Shown: one piece after another, positions 25,671 to 33,126 of the stretch
Position numbering within the stretch: the stretch's first letter is position 1
Layout: every line of letters begins with the position of its first letter
Source: a virus
Taxonomy: Duplodnaviria; Caudoviricetes
Length of the DNA: 50,505 nucleotides
IMG/VR virus record: IMGVR_UViG_3300049165_000088
Location: 1-50,505 of that record
Direction: 5' to 3' (one strand)
Notes under the pieces: generated by a model
Databases searched by the model: none
The model's input: only the letters and a program-made list of their open reading frames with translations
Told to the model about the DNA's origin: nothing
Translations under genes and position numbers: made by a program

Positions 25671-26711
25671 ATGAGTAGTCGGGGACTCTGGACGGACGTC
25701 AGGCTGCGGGCAGCCTGGGCACGCGGGGACTGGTCATCCGTCCTTCGCGAGTACAGGCGCGCCGCGGGGATCACGCAGGTCGCGCTCGAATCGCTGATCG
25801 GCATACCGCAGCCCCATATCTCCGCCATCGAGTCGGGCCGTAGGCAGGTGAAGACTGCTGACGTCCGGGCTCGCATCACTGAGGGGCTGCAGGTGCCAGC
25901 AGAAGTCATCGAGGCCGGACAGAGCGAGACCTACGCCGAGTGGCAGCCGCCCGTCGAACTGCGCGAGCGGATCGCCCACGGCCACACGACGGGCAGGACC
26001 GACCTACGAACCGCCGAATGGATCGGCGAAGTCCTCGCCACGCAGCGGCGAGCCGAAGACGAGATCGGCGGCCGCGAGCTCTGGCCGGTCGTCCGCTCGC
26101 AGCTCGACGCCGTCACCCGACTCATTCCCGGCACGTCCGGGCCGGCCGCCGACGAGCTCATGCTGCTCGCCGCCGAACACGCCCACTGGCTGTCATGGGT
26201 CGCGTTCCAGCACGACCGGGTTGGCCCGGCGCTGGCGTGGCTGGACATCGCGCACGGGTGGGCAGTCGACGGTGCGCACGCTGACATGTCGTCATGGGTG
26301 CGCAGGGTGCGCGCTTTCTACCTGCACCGGTCCGGTGACCCGGTGCGGGCGTTGCGGACCGCGGACGCTGCACGGATGGTGTCAGGCCTGTCGCCCGCAG
26401 CGGCGGCGGTCGCCGCGCATGAAGCGTCGATAGCGGCCGCGGCGGTCGGAGAGCGGGACCGGGCGCGCAGGCTGTCGGACTCGGCGGTGCATCACGCGGC
26501 GCAGGTCCCCGACGAGGGGGACCGGCCGGGCTGGCTGTACTGGCTCACGCCGGCCAGGGCGCAGCTGCAGGCGGCTGATGCTGCGTATGCCTGTCGGCGG
26601 TGGGCGGATGCCGCCGAGGGGATCAGCGAGGCGCTGCCCGCTCTGTCGGGGTACCCGCGGGATCGGGCGCACTATCAGGCCCGGCTTGAGGACGCGCTGC
26701 GCCGGGTCTAG
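25671..26711 (+). CDS. XRE HTH plus TPR-like regulator (346 aa)
   Basis: LREYRRAAGITQVALESLIGIPQPHISAIESGRR; Ala-rich helical C-terminus; TATATT 6 nt before ATG. Confidence 0.85.
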   Translation: MSSRGLWTDVRLRAAWARGDWSSVLREYRRAAGITQVALESLIGIPQPHISAIESGRRQVKTADVRARITEGLQVPAEVIEAGQSETYAEWQPPVELRERIAHGHTTGRTDLRTAEWIGEVLATQRRAEDEIGGRELWPVVRSQLDAVTRLIPGTSGPAADELMLLAAEHAHWLSWVAFQHDRVGPALAWLDIAHGWAVDGAHADMSSWVRRVRAFYLHRSGDPVRALRTADAARMVSGLSPAAAAVAAHEASIAAAAVGERDRARRLSDSAVHHAAQVPDEGDRPGWLYWLTPARAQLQAADAAYACRRWADAAEGISEALPALSGYPRDRAHYQARLEDALRRV

Positions 26712-26962
26712 TGGATCTGCCGCAGCTTCGACAGGTTGATGATCGGCGTATCGCCGGGGGCGAGCGTCTTCATGATCTCGGTCTGCAGCTCGGGCACCGG
26801 CGGCCCGTACGTGTACTGCTGGCCGTCGATCTCGTAGCAATCCTGGGGGCTCGGGTCGGGGAGCTCGAACGTTCCGGTGCGCTGCTCGAGGTCGGCCGGC
26901 TCGTAGTCGTCGGGGCCGACGCCGGCGGGCAGGATCCGGTAGGTGATCTCGTAGGTCCGCAT
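26708..26962 (-). CDS. Small acidic protein (84 aa)
   Basis: MRTYEITYRILPAGVGPDDYEPADLE...; TACGAT 7 nt before ATG. Confidence 0.7.
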   Translation of the reverse strand: MRTYEITYRILPAGVGPDDYEPADLEQRTGTFELPDPSPQDCYEIDGQQYTYGPPVPELQTEIMKTLAPGDTPIINLSKLRQIH

Positions 26963-26996
26963 GCGGTTGATCGTATCGGCGGGGTCGGACACTGTG

Positions 26997-27026
26997 AGAC
27001 GCCCGGGGGTCGGGCCCCGGGCGTCT
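26997..27026. terminator. 12-bp hairpin between divergent promoters
   Basis: AGACGCCCGGGG/CCCCGGGCGTCT. Confidence 0.5.
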
Positions 27027-27055
27027 GTAGACAGGGTAGCTGCCGCACACCCCTC

Positions 27056-27092
27056 TTGCCATAACGACTCACGTGCGTCATTATGGAGTCGT
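27056..27092 (+). promoter_or_regulatory. Promoter overlapped by a 28-bp palindromic operator
   Basis: TTGCCA(27056)-17-CATTAT(27079); CCATAACGACTCAC|GTGCGTCATTATGG 27059-27086. Confidence 0.7.
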
Positions 27093-27117
27093 ATCCGAGG
27101 GGGAAGGACCCGACGAC

Positions 27118-27639
27118 ATGACCGACCAGACGACGTACACCACCTGGTACCGCGCCACACAGGACAGCAACGGCCCCGACGAAACGGTCGAAAAGTTCAT
27201 GACCGACTGGGTCGACGACCACGACATCGACGGCATCAAGGCCGCTTACCGCGCAGCGATCGACCAGGCCCTGCCCGCCGACGTCGCCCTCATCGGCAAC
27301 GAATTCATCGGCCCCGCCCGCCCTGAGCCCGGCGAGTTCGACGGCTACCCGGTCGACGAGCACGGCGACCTCGACATCGCCGCCATCATCGAGGACATCG
27401 ACCTCGACGAGATCGTCCCCCGGTTCGAGCTGCTGACCATCGACGAGGTTGCCTCGCGGTTCGGCTACACAGGGAAGGCCGCGGCCGCCACCGCCCGCAA
27501 GGCTCTGTCCCGGCTAGGTGTCGAGCGTGCCGGCCTAACCGACGAGCCTCGACCCCGCGCCCTCTTCCGTGCCGGTGACGTGGACGATGCGGTGTCCGCC
27601 CGGCCCGGCAAGGGCAATCGGACTCCGCGCGACGCCTAA
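27118..27639 (+). CDS. Acidic N-terminal domain fused to C-terminal AlpA/Xis-like HTH (173 aa); candidate Acr-Aca fusion
   Basis: GGAAGGA RBS; D/E-rich first ~105 aa; LLTIDEVASRFGY...ARKALSR...RALFRAGDV...RPGKGNRT. Confidence 0.75.
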   Translation: MTDQTTYTTWYRATQDSNGPDETVEKFMTDWVDDHDIDGIKAAYRAAIDQALPADVALIGNEFIGPARPEPGEFDGYPVDEHGDLDIAAIIEDIDLDEIVPRFELLTIDEVASRFGYTGKAAAATARKALSRLGVERAGLTDEPRPRALFRAGDVDDAVSARPGKGNRTPRDA

Positions 27640-27649
27640 GGCGTGAAGG

Positions 27650-27683
27650 AGAAGGACCCCCACCCGAAGGTGGGGGTCCTTCT
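27650..27683. terminator. Bidirectional terminator, 15-bp perfect stem
   Basis: AGAAGGACCCCCACC-CGAA-GGTGGGGGTCCTTCT; cUUCGg loop on - strand. Confidence 0.85.
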
Positions 27684-27824
27684 TCATCCCCGCATGTGCG
27701 GGGAGCAGTGGCACGCGCCCCTGAGACTCGGGCCATCCCCGCGGTGGCGGGGAGCATGTTGCTTCGGTCCCCACAGGGACCATCCCCGCATCTGCGGGGA
27801 AACCCCCGCTCTCGCGGGGACGAA
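27680..27824 (-). CRISPR. Orphan mini-array of four type I-E-like repeats with 18- and 20-nt spacers
   Basis: - strand repeats TTCGTCCCCGCGAGAGCGGGGG (truncated), GGTTTCCCCGCAGATGCGGGGATGGTCCC (27776-27804), ATGCTCCCCGCCACCGCGGGGATGGCCCG (27729-27757), CTGCTCCCCGCACATGCGGGGATGAAGAA (27680-27708); no cas genes in window. Confidence 0.85.
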
Positions 27825-27828
27825 CACG

Positions 27829-27837
27829 ACTATGGCA
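27829..27837 (-). promoter_or_regulatory. Extended -10 element for the mini-array transcript
   Basis: TGcCATAGT a few nt upstream of the first repeat; no clear -35. Confidence 0.5.
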
Positions 27838-27874
27838 CAACCCGCCGACAGTCGGGGGCCGGAACGCAGAAATC

Positions 27875-27904
27875 GCCCCCTCCCGCCCGTAGGCGAGAGG
27901 GGGC
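27875..27904 (-). terminator. Terminator of the late/lysis operon
   Basis: 13-bp stem with cUACGg loop and one G-U pair on - strand, followed by GATTTC. Confidence 0.75.
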
Positions 27905-27912
27905 ATCTGTGT

Positions 27913-28629
27913 TCACGGGTACTGGCGCCGCTGCGGGTCCAGCGCGAGAGGCAGCGGGTTGCCGGGCTTGTCGTCGTCGGGAGGCTGCGGGGCACCGTCG
28001 CGGCGGCAGATCTTCGCGTCTGGGTCATAGCTCGGGGTCTGCCACGAGTAGCCCTCGGGGCAGGACTGACCGGCCGGACCGGGCGGGCCCTGCTCGCCCT
28101 GCTCACCGCGGGGCCCTTGCTCTCCGCGCTCGCCCTGCGGCCCAGGCGGTCCCTGTGTGCCAGCGGGACCGGGCGGGCCTTGCTGCCCGTCGGCGCCCGG
28201 CTCACCATCCGCGCCGTCCGTACCGTCCGTGCCGGGCTCACCCGGTGCGCCACTCGCCCCCGGCCTGCCCGGCTTGCCTTGCTCACCGGCCGGGCCAGGC
28301 GGACCGGGTATCGGCACCGGCACCTCGGCACGCTGCGGCAGATCATCCACCGCCCGCTCCGGATCCGGCACCGCCGGCGTATCCCCCCGCGCCTCGATCT
28401 GCGCCCGCAACACCCGCACGTCCCCGGCGAGCGTCGACACGGCGTCGCCGCGGCGGTTCGCCTCGGTGATCGCCTCCTCCGCCTCGCTGATCGCCTGCTC
28501 GCGTGCCTGCCTCTCGGCGTCGACCTTCTGCCAGACGAGCACAACCGCGCTCGACAGGATGAACAGCGCCGCGACCACTGCGAGGCGTTGCCACTGCCGG
28601 GCGATGATCCCGGGGCGTCGGTGCGTCAC
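27913..28629 (-). CDS. Membrane-anchored collagen-like protein
   Basis: N-terminal TM, coiled coil, long Gly-X-Y run, C-terminal Cys pair. Confidence 0.85.
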   Translation of the reverse strand: MTHRRPGIIARQWQRLAVVAALFILSSAVVLVWQKVDAERQAREQAISEAEEAITEANRRGDAVSTLAGDVRVLRAQIEARGDTPAVPDPERAVDDLPQRAEVPVPIPGPPGPAGEQGKPGRPGASGAPGEPGTDGTDGADGEPGADGQQGPPGPAGTQGPPGPQGERGEQGPRGEQGEQGPPGPAGQSCPEGYSWQTPSYDPDAKICRRDGAPQPPDDDKPGNPLPLALDPQRRQYP

Positions 28630-28958
28630 TGGGTGTCCCCTCCCAGGGCGGCCAACTGCTCGCGCAGCTGCTGATTCTCGTTGGTCAGGGTGGCGATCTG
28701 CGCCTGCAGTCCGGCCTTGTCGGCGCGCTCGCGGGCGAGTTCGGCGTACGCGGCGGCGAGCAGCGTTTCGTTCTCCCGCAGCTTGTCCTCGACGCGCCCG
28801 ACCTCTTTGCGCAGGTTGTCGACGAGCCCGCCGTACCCGGTCATCACGACGCCCGTGTGATTGGCGCGGGCGCTACTGCGCTGCCCGTGCCAGGAAGCAA
28901 GGCCGGTGATGACACCGACGACCAGGGTGACGAGCGCGCCGCTGACCACAGCGTCCAC
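28626..28958 (-). CDS. TM plus coiled-coil lysis-cassette protein (110 aa)
   Basis: GGAAAGG RBS; hydrophobic N-terminus; heptad C-terminus. Confidence 0.75.
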   Translation of the reverse strand: MDAVVSGALVTLVVGVITGLASWHGQRSSARANHTGVVMTGYGGLVDNLRKEVGRVEDKLRENETLLAAAYAELARERADKAGLQAQIATLTNENQQLREQLAALGGDTQ

Positions 28959-29026
28959 GGGCCGGGCCTTTCCGTAGTGCGGCCGTGTGCGCGGGTGGCG
29001 CGGCCCCTTCCGGGGCCGCGCTCCTT

Positions 29027-29335
29027 TCACACGCCGTCGTGCTGCCCGCGGTACGAAGCGACCGGAGAGATCGCCTCCTGCTTCGGGTACTCGGGCGGAC
29101 GCGCCCACCCGAGCAGCAGACCGGCGAGCTTCTGCATCACGTCACCGCGGGCACGCTGCCCGAGCAGTTCGAGGACCCGGAACACCAGGTAGTAGGCGAG
29201 GGCGAGAACCACGGTCACGGCCCCGATGACGGCGGTCGAGTCGAACTCGATGCCGGCGCGGGCGGCGAGCATGAGCAGCCATCCGGCGACCACTGGGACG
29301 GCGGTGCGCATGAACGATACGAACAGAGCAGGCAT
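29027..29335 (-). CDS. Putative holin
   Basis: AAAGGAG RBS; MRTAVPVVAGWLL, two TM helices, LLLG...PPEY; follows the endolysin. Confidence 0.75.
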   Translation of the reverse strand: MPALFVSFMRTAVPVVAGWLLMLAARAGIEFDSTAVIGAVTVVLALAYYLVFRVLELLGQRARGDVMQKLAGLLLGWARPPEYPKQEAISPVASYRGQHDGV

Positions 29336-29361
29336 AGCGGCCGGCTCCTTTCTGTGAGGTG

Positions 29362-30285
29362 TCAGGCGACGACGGTGAACCCGTGCCGCGCTCCGAGCTT
29401 CTTCAGCGACGTTGCGCCGGGGATGCCGTCGGCGTCGGAGCCGCGGTAGCCGAGGCGCTGCTGCCACAGCGAGTAGGCGCTGCGGGTCGCGGTGCCCATG
29501 TGTCCGTCGGCGTACTGCCGGGCGAGCAGGCCCTCGGCGACGAGCGCGTCCTCGACGTACTCGGCGGCCGGGTAGCTGACGGGCGTGCCGCGCTTCGGCG
29601 GGTCGCTCTTCGCTGCGGCGACGAGCTTCGACAGGTCGACGACCCGCTTCGGTGTCGTCTTGCCGGGCAGCTTGAGGGTCTGCCCCGCCCGGATCTTGTT
29701 CGGGTCCTTGATCGAGTTGAGTGACACGAGCGCGCTGACGCTCGTGCGGTGCGCGGCGGCGATCGCCGACAGAGTGTCGTCCGCCTTGACCTTGTACGAG
29801 CCGGACGCGCTACCGGACACCGGCGCGGTCGGGGTCTCGTACTTGGGCCGGCCGTACCCGGCGATCTCCGCCTCGCGGCGTACCCGGCGGGCGCACACGT
29901 TCGCCGTGTTGCCCTCGATCGTGAACACGTCACCGCCGTCGACGCCGGTGACGATGCCGACGTGATCGATACGGGCGATGTCGTTCGTGCCTGCCCAGTC
30001 GACGAACACGATGTCACCGCGCCGGATCCCGCGGGCGCCGGCGTGCCACTGGCCGGCGGTCTTGAAGCGCTGCGCGTGCCACACGGTGTACGCGTAGTCC
30101 GTGCCGAACAGCACGGCGTCGCGCTCCCCGGCCTGCGTCGCCCAGTACGTGATCGCGGCGTTGCACCACGGGAAGTTGTACCGGAACGCGGCTCCGTTGC
30201 GCTCGGCGTACCAGGTCTGGATGTGGTTCGGCTCGCGCATGCCGAGCGACTTCTCAGCCTGCTTGATCATCCCTTCGAGGCTCAT
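29362..30285 (-). CDS. Endolysin: CHAP + LysM + peptidoglycan-binding domain
   Basis: PWCNA...DHVGIV...TIEGNT; YKVKADDTLSAIA...LNSIKDPNKIRAGQTLKLP; ADGHMG...WQQRLGY...ADGIPG. Confidence 0.92.
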   Translation of the reverse strand: MSLEGMIKQAEKSLGMREPNHIQTWYAERNGAAFRYNFPWCNAAITYWATQAGERDAVLFGTDYAYTVWHAQRFKTAGQWHAGARGIRRGDIVFVDWAGTNDIARIDHVGIVTGVDGGDVFTIEGNTANVCARRVRREAEIAGYGRPKYETPTAPVSGSASGSYKVKADDTLSAIAAAHRTSVSALVSLNSIKDPNKIRAGQTLKLPGKTTPKRVVDLSKLVAAAKSDPPKRGTPVSYPAAEYVEDALVAEGLLARQYADGHMGTATRSAYSLWQQRLGYRGSDADGIPGATSLKKLGARHGFTVVA

Positions 30286-30545
30286 GCCTTCCCGCCCCCG
30301 CTCGGCTTCTCGTCGGCCGGCGCCGGGTCCGGCTGCTCGTCGGCGGGCTGCTGCTCGTCGACCTGGTCGTCGTCTTCGGGGGTGTCCGTGTTGCTGTAGA
30401 CCCCGGCCATGTCCGGTGTGCCGAACCGCTCGGCGAGCAGCTGCTGCTCCTCGTCGACGGTCGGCCCGTTGTCGGTACGGCGGATGAGCCGCGCCTGCTC
30501 GATCTGATCCGGCCGGCCCTCGACCGGCCGCTCCGTGTCACCCAT
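30282..30545 (-). CDS. Small acidic protein coupled to the endolysin (87 aa)
   Basis: ORF track; ATGA overlap with endolysin start. Confidence 0.7.
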   Translation of the reverse strand: MGDTERPVEGRPDQIEQARLIRRTDNGPTVDEEQQLLAERFGTPDMAGVYSNTDTPEDDDQVDEQQPADEQPDPAPADEKPSGGGKA

Positions 30546-30574
30546 TTGTGAGCCCCCTTCGTGGGCATGAAAAT

Positions 30575-30598
30575 CGCCCCGGCCGTGGGCTCGGGGCG
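30575..30598 (-). terminator. Terminator-like hairpin after tail genes
   Basis: CGCCCCG/CGGGGCG stem followed by ATTTTC on - strand. Confidence 0.55.
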
Positions 30599-30614
30599 TG
30601 TGGTGGTGGCTGGG

Positions 30615-32183
30615 TCAGGCAGGCATGAGGACCTTGAGCGCCTCGACGACCCGGCGCGCGATGTACGCGTGCCCGGCGTCGGTGGGGTGGACCCCGTCGC
30701 CGCCGATGTACGTCGCCGCGTTGGCGGTGGTGATCCACGCGCCCTGGGTGTCGAGCAGCGCGCCTGCCGCGTCGCGGATCTGCCCGCTGATGGGGGAGAT
30801 GAACGGCAACCCCTCGGCGACCGCGGCCGCTTGCAGGGTGGCGTCGGTGCTGCGCAGCGTTCCCGGGTCTGGCGGATCGCCGATCGGCGACCAGCAGCCC
30901 AGCACGTAGATCTCACCGCCCGGAACGACCTCGCTCTTGAGCGTGGCGTACAGCGCCTCGGCTGCTGTACCGATCGCGCCTTGGTCGCCGCCGCTGTCGT
31001 TGTAGCCGCCCCACACGATCAGCCGGTCGAAGGCGTACGGGCTGATGTCCCCGGCGACGCGGTCGGCGAACGTCGCGTAGCCGCCAGCGGTGATGTAGGC
31101 GGTGCCGCCCCGGGATTGATTCCACGCGTCCGTGCAACCCAGCTGCCGAGCCGCCCGGTAGAACCAGGACCCGATCCCGCTACCCGTGTTCTCGTCGGAG
31201 CCGCCCGAGATGGAGTCGCCGAGGACGCCGAGCCGGCCACCCCGGGAGGTGGGCTTCCACGCGGTCGCGCCGGGCCCGAGGAACAGGCCGCCGAACGGCG
31301 CCGTCGTGAAGTCGACCCGAATCCGCCTGGGCTTGGCCGTCGCGAACGTCACCTGCAGCTCGTGGCGACTCCCTTCAGACGAGGCGCCGGTGAGCTGCGG
31401 CAGGTCGGTCACCGGGCGCCCGTCGATGGTGAGCCGGTACTTCGTCGCGGACGAGATGTACTTGAACTGCAGGCCGAACACTGCGGCGTCCGTCATGAAC
31501 TCCAGCGACCAGTTCGACTGTCCCGAGCTGTATGTGTTGGGGTAGCGGGACGTCGGCAGGTACAGCTGCGTGTCCGGGAACACTGCCCCGAACTGGAAGC
31601 TGCCCGCCCCGAGGTACAGGAACGGGCCGGTATCCGGGGGGAGCTTGGCCTGCGCGCTGGGGATGGACGACGTGGACTGCGGGCCGTTCACCTGGATCGT
31701 GGGCGTGTCCGCGGTGAGTGTCTCGGCGAGCACCGGATCGGGCAGATCGCGGCGCCGCCAGGCCGAACTCCACCGCATCTTGGCTGGCTGGAGCGAGTCG
31801 GTGACCAGCATCATCCCGTCGCTGGCCACACCGACCCGGGTCACGGTCCCGGCCCCGGTCCCGGCGATGAGGTCTCCAGCCGTGGTGGCCGCGGTGGCGT
31901 CGCCCGCGTCACGGGCCTCGACCCAGGCCCGTGACGAGCCGCCCGCGTCCGCCCACATCCCGGTCACACCGTCCGGTCCGAAGAACGCGGGCACGGCCCC
32001 GTACTCGTCGCTGGTCACCTCTGTGATGGGGGTGCTGCCGGCGTCGAGCAGGTCGGTGTACTGAGTGCCCCCGGTGGACGCGTCCCAGAAGGTGACAGTC
32101 ACGCCCGCGCCGACGCTCCACAGACCGTCGGACGGCTGGACCACGAAGTCGGCGATACCGGCGCCGAAGCTGTAGCGTGCCAC
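30615..32183 (-). CDS. Tail-associated SGNH/GDSL hydrolase protein
   Basis: LGDSIS, GGTAY, GGYND, DGVHP blocks; virion-anchor-like N-terminus. Confidence 0.85.
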   Translation of the reverse strand: MARYSFGAGIADFVVQPSDGLWSVGAGVTVTFWDASTGGTQYTDLLDAGSTPITEVTSDEYGAVPAFFGPDGVTGMWADAGGSSRAWVEARDAGDATAATTAGDLIAGTGAGTVTRVGVASDGMMLVTDSLQPAKMRWSSAWRRRDLPDPVLAETLTADTPTIQVNGPQSTSSIPSAQAKLPPDTGPFLYLGAGSFQFGAVFPDTQLYLPTSRYPNTYSSGQSNWSLEFMTDAAVFGLQFKYISSATKYRLTIDGRPVTDLPQLTGASSEGSRHELQVTFATAKPRRIRVDFTTAPFGGLFLGPGATAWKPTSRGGRLGVLGDSISGGSDENTGSGIGSWFYRAARQLGCTDAWNQSRGGTAYITAGGYATFADRVAGDISPYAFDRLIVWGGYNDSGGDQGAIGTAAEALYATLKSEVVPGGEIYVLGCWSPIGDPPDPGTLRSTDATLQAAAVAEGLPFISPISGQIRDAAGALLDTQGAWITTANAATYIGGDGVHPTDAGHAYIARRVVEALKVLMPA

Positions 32184-32184
32184 G

Positions 32185-33123
32185 TCAGTTCACCACCCAA
32201 CTAGCGCTGCTCGTGAGGATGGCGTCGCCCTTGGCGATGGCCGGGTGCTGCGTGAGCCACACCTGTCCCGGGCGTGCGCCGGTCTTCGCGTAGATCGTGA
32301 GTCGGCAGATCTGCAGCCCGCTGACGTAGCCGATCACGAAGCGGTCCCGGTTGGCGTGCCGGTAGGCGTCCGGGATCAGCACGGGCAGCCGGCTGTCGGT
32401 CGTGCCGCTGAAACCGCTCGCGGTGCGTTGGAACGTGCCGAGCCGCAGGTGCACGTTGCCGTTCCGCTCCTCGATGACCGAGTCGGTCTCGATGCTCCAT
32501 GACGTCAGCGACTGGTTGACCACGATCACGCCGCTGTTCGAGTAGACGACGTTCCACACGGTGCCGTTCCACAGGATCAGGCGGCCGGTGTCGAGCTCGT
32601 ACGCGGCCTCGCCGCGCCGTGGGGCCATCGGCCGCTGGTCGGACGTGCACGGCCGGACCCGGGTGCCGACGTACTGCTCGGCGCGGGTGACGGTGACCGT
32701 CGTGGCGCCGGACGGCGTAGTGGCCTTCGCGAGCGGGATCTCGTACATGCCCGTGTCGCCGTCGTCCTGCACGAGGGCGGGCGCTCCGGATCCGGGGGTT
32801 CCCTCGCGGACCGCGGCCCGCACGGTCCAGTCCGAGCGATCGAGGCGCAGCACCACCCAGTCGACTCGGGTCGACCCGGAGGAGTTTGACGAGATGGCCA
32901 GGGTGTCGCCGGTCGTACCGGAGTGCCAGGCGTGGCCGCGGACGGACCCGTACACGTCGGCGAGGATGTCGACGGACAGGCCGACGCCGGGCGAGACGAC
33001 TGCGCTGTCGTCCGGGTCGCCGTATACGCCGTCGTCGGAGAACCTCGCCGCGATCCGCTCGTACTCGGCGTCGGTCACATTGCGGCTGTTGTGGGTCGGT
33101 GACGGCCAGGAAGCCTGTGCCAT
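32185..33123 (-). CDS. Minor tail protein
   Basis: RVDWVVLRLD...YEIPLA; position in the tail cluster. Confidence 0.8.
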   Translation of the reverse strand: MAQASWPSPTHNSRNVTDAEYERIAARFSDDGVYGDPDDSAVVSPGVGLSVDILADVYGSVRGHAWHSGTTGDTLAISSNSSGSTRVDWVVLRLDRSDWTVRAAVREGTPGSGAPALVQDDGDTGMYEIPLAKATTPSGATTVTVTRAEQYVGTRVRPCTSDQRPMAPRRGEAAYELDTGRLILWNGTVWNVVYSNSGVIVVNQSLTSWSIETDSVIEERNGNVHLRLGTFQRTASGFSGTTDSRLPVLIPDAYRHANRDRFVIGYVSGLQICRLTIYAKTGARPGQVWLTQHPAIAKGDAILTSSASWVVN

Positions 33124-33126
33124 CGG

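Noticed and set aside
27680-27824. A functional adaptive CRISPR-Cas immune locus
   Set aside because: No cas genes, no leader, non-identical repeats, and spacers far shorter than the ~32 nt of type I-E.
28075-28310. 9-bp periodic repeats as a DNA element
   Set aside because: Explained by Gly-X-Y collagen codons in one reading frame.
27643-28674. ORFs crossing the mini-array (27643..28674 +, 27684..28544 -, 27535..27906 -)
   Set aside because: They run through terminators and repeat hairpins, overlap the collagen gene and have no protein-like features.
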